The notes under the pieces: model-generated
Database searches by the model: none
Told to the model about the DNA's origin: nothing
The model's input: the letters and a program-made list of their open reading frames with translations, nothing else
Position numbers and translations under genes: made by a program
Assembly (NCBI GenBank): GCA_041484665.1
Contig: JBGPIA010000009.1
Location: 105,489 to 169,488, forward strand
DNA: 64,000 bases
Origin: Candidatus Krumholzibacteriia bacterium
GTDB lineage: Bacteria; Krumholzibacteriota; Krumholzibacteriia; JAJRXK01
Reading direction: 5' to 3'
Part shown: positions 8,782-16,782 of the stretch, one piece after another
Layout: every line of letters starts with the position of its first letter
How positions within the stretch are numbered: position 1 is the first letter of the stretch

Positions 8782-9759
8782 TTGAAAGAAACCATTCTCG
8801 TCGTCGACGACGAGCCCCACATCCGGAAGATCCTGAAGTTCCTGCTGGAGCAGAACGACTTCCAGGTGATCACCGCCGCCAATGGCGAGGAGGCCCTGGC
8901 CGCAGCCCGCGGCAACCTGCCCGAGCTGGTGCTGCTGGACCTCATGATGCCCAAGATGGACGGCTTTGAGGTCTGCCGGCGGCTGCGCTCCGATTACCGC
9001 ACGAGCCAGATCCCCATCATCATCGTGACGGCCAAGGGTGAGGTCACCGAGCGCGTGCGCGGCCTCAAGGGCGGGGCCAACGACTACCTGACCAAGCCCT
9101 ACGACCACAACGAGCTGATCGCGCGCGTGCGCAACATGCTCGATTGGAGCCGGGTGCAGCGGCAGGCCAATCCGCTCACCGGGCTACCGGGCAACCAGGC
9201 GATCGAGACCGAGCTGCAGCGGCGGATCGACAACGGCGAGCCGTTCGCCTTCATGTACATCGACGTCGACAACTTCAAGGGCTACAACGACAACTACGGC
9301 TACTCCAAAGGCGACGAGGCGATCCGCTTCGTGGCCGGCCTGCTGCGCGAGTGCTCCGTGGCCCTGGGCGGCGTCGACACCGACTTCATCGGGCACATCG
9401 GCGGCGATGACTTCGTGGTGATCAGCTCGCCGGCGCACGCCGACGTGCTGGCCCAGAGCATCGTCGACCGCTTCGACCGCGAGTCCTACCGGCTGTTCGA
9501 GGCGCACGACCTCGAGCGCGGTTACCTCGAGGTCCGCAACCGATTCGGCGGGACCAACACGGTCCCATTTATCACCCTCACCATCGCCGTGGTGACCGAC
9601 CGGGGTGGCACCTTCCGCCATTGGGCCAAGGTGAGCGACGTTGCCGCGGAGCTGAAGGCCTACGGCAAGTCGCTGAAGGGCTCGGTCGTGGTGAAGGAGC
9701 GCCGCAGCCACGACGCCACCGACCAGCCGGTCGGCAGTTCGGGAACCGCGGCTTCCTGA
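8782..9759 (+). CDS. Response regulator with diguanylate cyclase (REC-GGDEF) domain
   Basis: VVDDE/DLMMP/KP receiver; NPLTGLPGN, DVDNFKGYND.YG..GD, GGDDF; TTG start with GAGGA RBS. Confidence 0.9.
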   Translation: MKETILVVDDEPHIRKILKFLLEQNDFQVITAANGEEALAAARGNLPELVLLDLMMPKMDGFEVCRRLRSDYRTSQIPIIIVTAKGEVTERVRGLKGGANDYLTKPYDHNELIARVRNMLDWSRVQRQANPLTGLPGNQAIETELQRRIDNGEPFAFMYIDVDNFKGYNDNYGYSKGDEAIRFVAGLLRECSVALGGVDTDFIGHIGGDDFVVISSPAHADVLAQSIVDRFDRESYRLFEAHDLERGYLEVRNRFGGTNTVPFITLTIAVVTDRGGTFRHWAKVSDVAAELKAYGKSLKGSVVVKERRSHDATDQPVGSSGTAAS

Positions 9760-9790
9760 GCGCGCCGCGCCTTGGGGTGGGAGGAGATCC

Positions 9791-12700
9791 GTGACGAACG
9801 TTGGGCAGACCTTCACGAGCTTCCGATTCCTCGTGCGCAGCGTGCGCTGGGTCGAGCTCGCGATCAGCTGCCTGATCGTGTTCTTCGCCCGGGCCGTCAG
9901 CCACCTGGAGTTCCAGGTTCTGCCGGTGGCCTTGATCTTCGGACTGGGCTTCCTGTGGAACGTGGCTTTCTGGTACGCCGGCCGCCGCCACCTGCTCGAG
10001 GAGCGCGGCCTGGCCGGGGCGCGCCTCTTGATGTGGAGCTGGGTGGTGGCCGACGTCGTCACCAACCTGCTCATCATCGCCTTCACGGGCGTCACCAGCA
10101 GCCCGTTCCTGTTCTTCCTCGTGTTCCCGGTGATCCTCAGCACGGTCGCCCTGGGGCGGCCGGCCAGCTGCTACGGGGTTGCGATTGGCTCGACGTTGGG
10201 GCTGGCGGCCATCTGGGCCATGGACCGAGCCGGGAGCATCCCGCACTTCCGCAGCTACCCGGCGCTGTCGGGGCAGATCTTCTTCCAGCCCGACGTGGCC
10301 GCGGGGATCTTCCTGATGGCGGGCGCGGTGCTGTCGCTGCTCGTCCACATGGTTTTCCGCTTCCGGCCGAACTTCTTCATCTTCCAGGAGAGCTTCCGCG
10401 AGGGGCGGTTCCGCATCCACAGCTTCCGCGCCGGCGACATCCAGGAGCTGCGCCTGGAAGAGGTGGAGGCGATCGGTCCCGAGGACCTGCTGGAGGAGGT
10501 GGTGCAGAACCTCACCACCAACCCGGCGGTGGTCTTCGCTGCGGCAGTGGTCTTTCCCGCAGGCGACGACACCGTGGGCGGCGCGGGCGCGGAATGGCAC
10601 GCCGGGCTGACGCGCCAGCGCATCGTGTGCGTCACGCGCCGCCAGGTGTTGGCCACCTGGAGCGAATTCCACTCCGACCGCAGCGAACTGTTCCGGCACA
10701 TGCGCTACGCCGAGACGGGCGATCTGTGGGAGGGACCCTTCTCGCTCCTGCAGCGCGACGGCCTCTTCACCCAGTTCGACGACGCGGAGAGCTACCTGGC
10801 CACCCCCATCGCGCAGGACGGACGCAGCGTGGTGGTGCTCATCGCCGGGCTGCGTCATCCGGTGCAGAGCCGCAACGAGGTGGTGTTGCACCTGCTGAAC
10901 GTGGCGGCCCAGCTCAAGCCCTTGCTGGTGGCCGAGACGCGCTTGTCGAGCCTGCGCGGTGAGCTGTCGTCGCTCCACGACCAGAACGACTCGCTCACCC
11001 GCCTGAACAAGATGCAGAACGATTTCGTGAGCATCGCCAGCCACGAGCTGAAGACGCCGCTGACCTCCATCATGGCGTACACCGACGCGCTGATCATGAA
11101 CGTGGACAACCCGGCATTCAACGAGCGGCGGGAGTTCCTCCAGGTGGTGCGCGACGAGACCAACCGGCTGCTGCGCATGGTGAACCGCATCCTCGACTTC
11201 TCCCAGATCGAGTTCGGCCAGCGCAGTCTCAAGCGCAGCCGTCTGCAGCTCAAGGCGCTCATCGACGACAGCCTCACCACCATGCGCCACGAGCTCGACC
11301 GCAAGCAGATCGCGGTCGATGTCAAACTGCCGGCGGTGCTCCCCCGCGTGGACGCCGATCCTGACCTCATGAAGCAGGTGCTGCTCAACCTGCTGAACAA
11401 CGCCTGGAAATTCAGTCCGCAGGGCGGGACGATCACGATCGCGGCGCGGGAGGGCTCCACCGCCCTGGAGGTCGCAATCAAGGACGAGGGCCCCGGGATC
11501 CCCGATGACGAGGTGGAGAACATCTTCAAGCAGTTCTACCGCGTGCGCCGCAAGGACGGCGAGACGCCCGAGGGGAGCGGCCTGGGGCTGACCATCGTCC
11601 GCAACATCGTCGAGCTGCACGGGGGCTGCGTCCGGGTCGACGGGGGGCACGGGCGCGGCGCCACGTTCACCTTCACGATCCCCAAGGAGCAGTGCCTCAA
11701 CGATCGGCCCGAGACGGTGCTGGGCGAGCTGACCAAGCGGCCCGAGTTCGCCCACATGATGAAACTGCTCGTGCGCATGGTCGCCGACTACATGGACTGC
11801 AAGATCGTGTCGGTGATGCTCGTGTCGTCCGACCGCAAGCAGCTCTACGTCCAGGTCGCCTACGGGCTGGACGAGGAGATCGTGCGCGACACCCGGGTGA
11901 CCATGGGCGAGGGGATCGCGGGGCGCGTGGCCGCCAACGGTCGCCCGCTGCTCATCGAGAACGTGGAGGACCTCGACGGGCGCCCCGGTGGCAACAAGTC
12001 GCAGTACGAGACGAGCTCGCTGATCAGCGTCCCGCTCGTCATGAACGACGAGATCGTGGGCGTGATCAACTGCAACAACAAGGTGACCGGCGAGCCGTTC
12101 TACGCCGACGATCTGAGCCTGCTGGTGACCCTCACCGAGAAGGTGACGTTGGCCCTGTCGCGTGCCCTGGAGTTCGAGGACTCGCGCGAGACACTGCAAC
12201 GCACCGTGCGCGCCCTGCAAGCCCTGGTGGATCTGCACGGCACCGACGCGCGGGCCACCCGCCGCGCCGTGCGGTACGCCATGGAGTTGGGCCGGCGCAT
12301 GGGACTCACGCGGCACCAGATCCTGGCGCTGCAGTACGCCTTCGTGATCCACGACGTAGGGATGATCCGCCAGGACCGCGAGCTACTGCGCAAGCGCGGC
12401 ACGCTTTCGCCCGAGGAGCGCAAGCTGGTGCGCAACCATCCTGTCGACGGGGTGGAGCTCGTGGAGCCGTTCCTCTCGGCCGACGAGCTCGAGGAGGTCA
12501 TCCGCTATCACCACGAGCGCATCGACGGGACCGGATACCCGCAGGGCCTGATCGGGGAGCACATCCCACTTGCGGCGCGCATCGTCTCGGCGGTGGATGC
12601 CTACGACTCCATGACGTCGCCCCGGCCCTACCGCCGCACGCTGCGCCCGCACGAGGCGGCCGAGGAGCTGGCGGAGAACGCGGGCTCGCAGTTCGATCCG

Positions 12701-12814
12701 GAAGTCGTCCGCCTGTTCCTGGACGTGCTGGCGGAGAACGGTGAGCTGTCGCGCGATGAGTACCAACGTCTCAAGGACGGTGAACGGTGGCTACGCCCGG
12801 CGTCCTTATCGTAG
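9791..12814 (+). CDS. Multi-TM histidine kinase-GAF-HD-GYP fusion protein
   Basis: About 6 TM helices; SHELKTPL H-box; NLLNNAWKF, DEGPGI, GSGLGL; GAF (GEGIAG.VA); IHDVG, HHERIDGTGYP, DAYDSMT..RPYR. Confidence 0.9.
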   Translation: MTNVGQTFTSFRFLVRSVRWVELAISCLIVFFARAVSHLEFQVLPVALIFGLGFLWNVAFWYAGRRHLLEERGLAGARLLMWSWVVADVVTNLLIIAFTGVTSSPFLFFLVFPVILSTVALGRPASCYGVAIGSTLGLAAIWAMDRAGSIPHFRSYPALSGQIFFQPDVAAGIFLMAGAVLSLLVHMVFRFRPNFFIFQESFREGRFRIHSFRAGDIQELRLEEVEAIGPEDLLEEVVQNLTTNPAVVFAAAVVFPAGDDTVGGAGAEWHAGLTRQRIVCVTRRQVLATWSEFHSDRSELFRHMRYAETGDLWEGPFSLLQRDGLFTQFDDAESYLATPIAQDGRSVVVLIAGLRHPVQSRNEVVLHLLNVAAQLKPLLVAETRLSSLRGELSSLHDQNDSLTRLNKMQNDFVSIASHELKTPLTSIMAYTDALIMNVDNPAFNERREFLQVVRDETNRLLRMVNRILDFSQIEFGQRSLKRSRLQLKALIDDSLTTMRHELDRKQIAVDVKLPAVLPRVDADPDLMKQVLLNLLNNAWKFSPQGGTITIAAREGSTALEVAIKDEGPGIPDDEVENIFKQFYRVRRKDGETPEGSGLGLTIVRNIVELHGGCVRVDGGHGRGATFTFTIPKEQCLNDRPETVLGELTKRPEFAHMMKLLVRMVADYMDCKIVSVMLVSSDRKQLYVQVAYGLDEEIVRDTRVTMGEGIAGRVAANGRPLLIENVEDLDGRPGGNKSQYETSSLISVPLVMNDEIVGVINCNNKVTGEPFYADDLSLLVTLTEKVTLALSRALEFEDSRETLQRTVRALQALVDLHGTDARATRRAVRYAMELGRRMGLTRHQILALQYAFVIHDVGMIRQDRELLRKRGTLSPEERKLVRNHPVDGVELVEPFLSADELEEVIRYHHERIDGTGYPQGLIGEHIPLAARIVSAVDAYDSMTSPRPYRRTLRPHEAAEELAENAGSQFDPEVVRLFLDVLAENGELSRDEYQRLKDGERWLRPASLS

Positions 12815-13170
12815 AGGACGAGCAGCCGCTGGCCCGCGTCCTCGCCTATGCCTTCAACAACGAGGGCTATCGCGTCGAGCTCGCCAGCGACGGCATCGAG
12901 TGCATGAATAAGATCGCGACCTTCGTGCCCGACGTGGTCGTGATGGATATCATGATGCCCAAGCTTGATGGCATCGAGACCATGAAGCTGCTGCGTCAGA
13001 ACCAGCTGCAGCGCGATCTAGTCATCGTGGCGCTGTCGGCGCGCTCCTCGCGCAGCGACCGGGAAACCGCTCTGGCGGCCGGCGCGAACATCTTCATGAA
13101 GAAGCCGTTCGCCATCGCCCGCCTGATGGAGAGCGTCGAGCAGCTGCTGGCCAGCGAGCGCAGCCCCTGA
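12787..13170 (+). CDS. Stand-alone response regulator receiver
   Basis: VEDE, MDIMMPKLDG, LSA, KP. Confidence 0.9.
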   Translation: MATPGVLIVEDEQPLARVLAYAFNNEGYRVELASDGIECMNKIATFVPDVVVMDIMMPKLDGIETMKLLRQNQLQRDLVIVALSARSSRSDRETALAAGANIFMKKPFAIARLMESVEQLLASERSP

Positions 13171-13188
13171 GCGGCCAGGCGGACGAAC

Positions 13189-16100
13189 GTGCACCCCTCC
13201 CTCCCCCCGACGTTCCCCGGAGCGACTCCGCTCGTCGTGCGGCTGCTGGTGGCCGCCCTCGCATTGGGTGTTGCGCTGGCCGGCGGGCGCGCCTGGCGCG
13301 CGACGCGGCGTGCGTGCCTGGGTGCCCTCGCAGTGGGGGCGGCGCTGCTCCTTCTGGACGATGCGGTGGGCGCGGTGCTGTCCCACGGGCAGCTCGCGTT
13401 CCAAGGCACCGGCTGGCTGATCGCCTCGGCGCTGGTGCAGGCTGCCGGCCTTAGCCTGTTGGCCTGGGGAGCGGGCCACGCCGGGCAGGCCGAGAACTCC
13501 ACGTGGCTGTTGGGCTGGCTCACCATTGCGTCCTGCGCGTTCGGCCTGCTGTTGGGTGTCCTGCCGTCGATCGCCTGGCAGCTGTTGGGCGCGCGCGCGC
13601 CCGGCGAGCCCGCTCCGCAGCCGGAGTGGACGCTGTTGCTCGGCCTGGGCTGCACGGCCGCGCTCTTGTCCAGCCTGCGTCACCGCGCGCTCGCGCGCAG
13701 CGGCCACGCGCTGCAGGAGCGCGTGCACGAGCTCGGGGCCGCCCAGGAGCAGTCGCAGCAGCGCGAGACCGCGCTGCAGCAGCAGTACGAGCAGGCCGCG
13801 CAGGGGCGCCGTCAGCAGCAGGACAGCGTCGAGCAGCTCGCGCGCCGGGCGGCCAACCTCCAGGCCGTGCTGCAGAGCTCGCTCTCGCTGAATCGCCGCC
13901 AGGAGCTGGGCCAGGTGTTGGAGGCGGTGGTGGAGTCCGCGCACGAGCGCCTCGGCCAACCGCGCGTGCTGCTGCGGCTGTACAACTCGCGCACCCATCT
14001 GTTCGAGGCGCGGGCCTTCGCCGGCCTGCCGGAGAACGAGGTCCGCGAGCTGAGGAACCGCGACGTGACGATGGAGGACTTCCTGTCGGCGGCCCGCGCC
14101 GGCGCCGGCTTGGGGGGGTGCGCGGTGGTCGATCCTTGGGCGCCGCCGCCGCCGTCCAGCTCGCCGTTGGGCTGGCGGGCGGGGCGCCAGCTGGTCGTGC
14201 CCATTCGCGGCGACGACGGCGCGGTGCTGGGGTATCTGGGCGTGGACGAGCCCAACGGCGTCCAGGTGCCCGCCGCCGAGACGGCCGAGCTGCTGGAGGC
14301 GCTTGCCAGCCAGGCCGCCATCGCCATCCAGAACGCCCAGCTCCACGGCCAGCTCGAGCGCAAGAACCTCGAGGTCTCCATGGCCAACGAGAAGCTGCGG
14401 GACCTCAATCGCCTCAAGAGCAACTTCGTCGCCACCGTCAGCCATGAGCTGCGCACGCCGTTGACCTCCATCAAGGCGTACAGCGACACCCTGCAGGCGG
14501 CGCTGGATGACATGGAGCCGCAGACGGTGCGGGAGTTCGTCTCGGTGATCTCGGCGGAGAGCGAGCGCCTCACCGGCGTGATCGACGACATCCTCGACGT
14601 CAGCCGCCTGGAGAGCGGCCGCGCCCCCATGGTCAAGGAGAGCTTCAACTTCAGCGCGCTCTGCCAGGAGGCGGGCGTCCGCATGGACGCACAGTTCAAG
14701 GCCAAGGGGCTGCGCCTGCGCCTGGAGTGCCCGCCGTCGGAGGTGGTGCTGTCGGCCGACCGTTCCGCCATCGAGCAGCTGCTGGTCAACCTGCTGGACA
14801 ACGCCCTCAAATTCACCCCGGAGGGGGGCGAGGTGCGCCTGCACCTCGAGGAGGAAGTGAGCCTGGCGCGTCTGGTGGTGGAGGACTCGGGGATCGGCAT
14901 TCCCGAAGAGGAGATGGAGCGCATCTTCGATCGCTTCTACCAGGTGGACGGCTCGACCACGCGCGCCTACGGCGGGCAGGGGCTGGGCCTGGCCATCTGC
15001 CGCGACATCGTCGAGTGGCACGACGGCCGGATCTGGGTGGAGCGAGCCGGTGGCCGCGGCACGCGCTTCGTCGTGCTGCTGCCCCGCAAGGAGCTCGTGA
15101 TCCACAGCAACCGCGAGGACAGCTCGGACGTCTCGGAGCGGATGCAGCGCGAGGAGTTCCTGCAGCTGCTCACCACGCTCACGGCGGAGCTGATGGGCAC
15201 GCGAATCGCCTCGATCATGCTCGTGGATCCGGCCTCCGACGCCCTGCGCATCGAGGCGGCGGTGGGGCTGGAGGAGGAGGTCGTCCACGGCGCGCGCCTG
15301 CGCAAGGGCGAGGGGATCGCCGGGCGTGTCTGGAGCGAGGGGCGGTCGATCCTGGTGCACGACCTGCGCGGCGACGCGCGCTTCGCCGGCCGCATGAACG
15401 ACGTGCAGTACAGCACGCGCAGCCTGCTGTCCGCCCCGCTGCGGCGTGGCACCCACGTGTTCGGCGTCGTAAACGTGAATAACAAGATCAACGGCCAGGT
15501 ATTCGACGAGGACGACCGGCTGCTGCTGGAGGCGCTCGGCGAGCGCCTGGTGAAGGCCTTCGACAGCCTGGAGGCCTACCGCGTCGGCCACCACCGCCTG
15601 GTGGCGGCCCGTTCCGCCCTGCGCGCGATCCTCGACGTGAGTCGCGACCGTTGGTCGTCGCTGCGCGAGCTGGTGGCGCGCAGCGGCCTGGACGCGGCGC
15701 GCCGCCTCGGCATGCACGAGGACGACCTGCGGGCGCTGGCCTACGTGCTCAAGACCTACGACCTCGGTCTGGCGCGGGTGGGAGAGCAGATCCTGCGCAA
15801 GATCTCGCCCTTGTCGGCCGAGGACCGCGAGCGCATCAACGACCACGTGCGAGCGGGGGCGGAGCTGGCCACCGAGGTGGAGCCGCTGGCCAAGGTGCGC
15901 CAGATCCTCTACCACCATCACGAGAACGTGGACGGCAGCGGCTATCCTGACGGCCTGGCGGGAGAGGCGATCCCGGTGGGCGCGCGCCTGGTTCGCCTGA
16001 CCGACGTCTTCGGCGCCCTGCTGCACGACCGGCCCTTCCGCCGAGCGCTCTCGTTGGACGAGGCGGTTGCGCTCATCCGCGAAGGGGTCGGCCGGCGATT

Positions 16101-16290
16101 CTGCCCGCGCGTCTCGTCGGCCTTCCTGGCCGCCGTGGAGGGCAAGCGCCGGGAGTTCCACACCGCGCTCACCGTGCTGGGCGGCCGGTCCGCGACAGCG
16201 GCCCCTTCCACGGCGTCCGCGCTGCCCGGTGCGCCCACGCCGCCAAGCGGTCCCCCGGTGCCGGCCGGCACCGGGGGAGGAGCCAGCTGA
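13189..16290 (+). CDS. Membrane GAF-histidine kinase-GAF-HD-GYP fusion with a degenerate HD motif
   Basis: N-terminal TM helices, coiled coil, GAF, SHELRTPL, NLLDNALKF, DSGIGI, GQGLGL, GAF, 'YDLG' in place of HD, HHENVDGSGYP. Confidence 0.88.
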   Translation: MHPSLPPTFPGATPLVVRLLVAALALGVALAGGRAWRATRRACLGALAVGAALLLLDDAVGAVLSHGQLAFQGTGWLIASALVQAAGLSLLAWGAGHAGQAENSTWLLGWLTIASCAFGLLLGVLPSIAWQLLGARAPGEPAPQPEWTLLLGLGCTAALLSSLRHRALARSGHALQERVHELGAAQEQSQQRETALQQQYEQAAQGRRQQQDSVEQLARRAANLQAVLQSSLSLNRRQELGQVLEAVVESAHERLGQPRVLLRLYNSRTHLFEARAFAGLPENEVRELRNRDVTMEDFLSAARAGAGLGGCAVVDPWAPPPPSSSPLGWRAGRQLVVPIRGDDGAVLGYLGVDEPNGVQVPAAETAELLEALASQAAIAIQNAQLHGQLERKNLEVSMANEKLRDLNRLKSNFVATVSHELRTPLTSIKAYSDTLQAALDDMEPQTVREFVSVISAESERLTGVIDDILDVSRLESGRAPMVKESFNFSALCQEAGVRMDAQFKAKGLRLRLECPPSEVVLSADRSAIEQLLVNLLDNALKFTPEGGEVRLHLEEEVSLARLVVEDSGIGIPEEEMERIFDRFYQVDGSTTRAYGGQGLGLAICRDIVEWHDGRIWVERAGGRGTRFVVLLPRKELVIHSNREDSSDVSERMQREEFLQLLTTLTAELMGTRIASIMLVDPASDALRIEAAVGLEEEVVHGARLRKGEGIAGRVWSEGRSILVHDLRGDARFAGRMNDVQYSTRSLLSAPLRRGTHVFGVVNVNNKINGQVFDEDDRLLLEALGERLVKAFDSLEAYRVGHHRLVAARSALRAILDVSRDRWSSLRELVARSGLDAARRLGMHEDDLRALAYVLKTYDLGLARVGEQILRKISPLSAEDRERINDHVRAGAELATEVEPLAKVRQILYHHHENVDGSGYPDGLAGEAIPVGARLVRLTDVFGALLHDRPFRRALSLDEAVALIREGVGRRFCPRVSSAFLAAVEGKRREFHTALTVLGGRSATAAPSTASALPGAPTPPSGPPVPAGTGGGAS

Positions 16291-16364
16291 CGGTCCCGTC
16301 ACGCCCCAACCACGACCCACGCCGTGCATCGGAAGGACGCGCAGGACAACAGGAGTGAAGGGAC

Positions 16365-16745
16365 ATGAGCCGCAAGCTGCTCGTCGTGGACGACGAGATG
16401 TACATCCTCAATATCCTGGATTTCACCCTCGGCAGCGAAGGCTTCGAGGTCATCACGGCTGCCAACGGCGAGGAGGCGCTGCGCAAGGTGAACCAGCTGC
16501 GACCCGACCTGGTCGTGCTGGACGTCATGATGCCCAAAGTGGACGGCTTCGAGGTCTGCCGGGCCATCAAGTCGAAGACCGAGACCTCCCACATCCCCGT
16601 GATCCTGCTCACGGCACGTGACCGTGCCGCCGATCGAAAGAAGGGCGAGGAGGTCCGGTGCGATGCGTACATGACCAAGCCCTTCAATCCCCAGAAGCTC
16701 GTCGAGCGCATCCGCGAGCTGATCGGATCGCCCGCCAGCGACTGA
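16365..16745 (+). CDS. Stand-alone response regulator receiver
   Basis: VVDDE, LDVMMPKVDG, LTA, KP. Confidence 0.92.
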   Translation: MSRKLLVVDDEMYILNILDFTLGSEGFEVITAANGEEALRKVNQLRPDLVVLDVMMPKVDGFEVCRAIKSKTETSHIPVILLTARDRAADRKKGEEVRCDAYMTKPFNPQKLVERIRELIGSPASD

Positions 16746-16782
16746 CACGCGCGGCCGGGGTGTGCTGGGCTATACTGCGCCC

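Noticed and set aside
9280..9320. Hypr-type (3',3'-cGAMP) GGDEF
   Set aside because: The specificity Asp in 'G.SKGD' is retained rather than replaced by Ser
9578..16329. Long minus-strand ORFs (924 aa and 1103 aa) opposite the two kinases
   Set aside because: Antisense shadows of well-supported + strand genes; the same applies to the many R/A/P/G-rich alternative-frame ORFs
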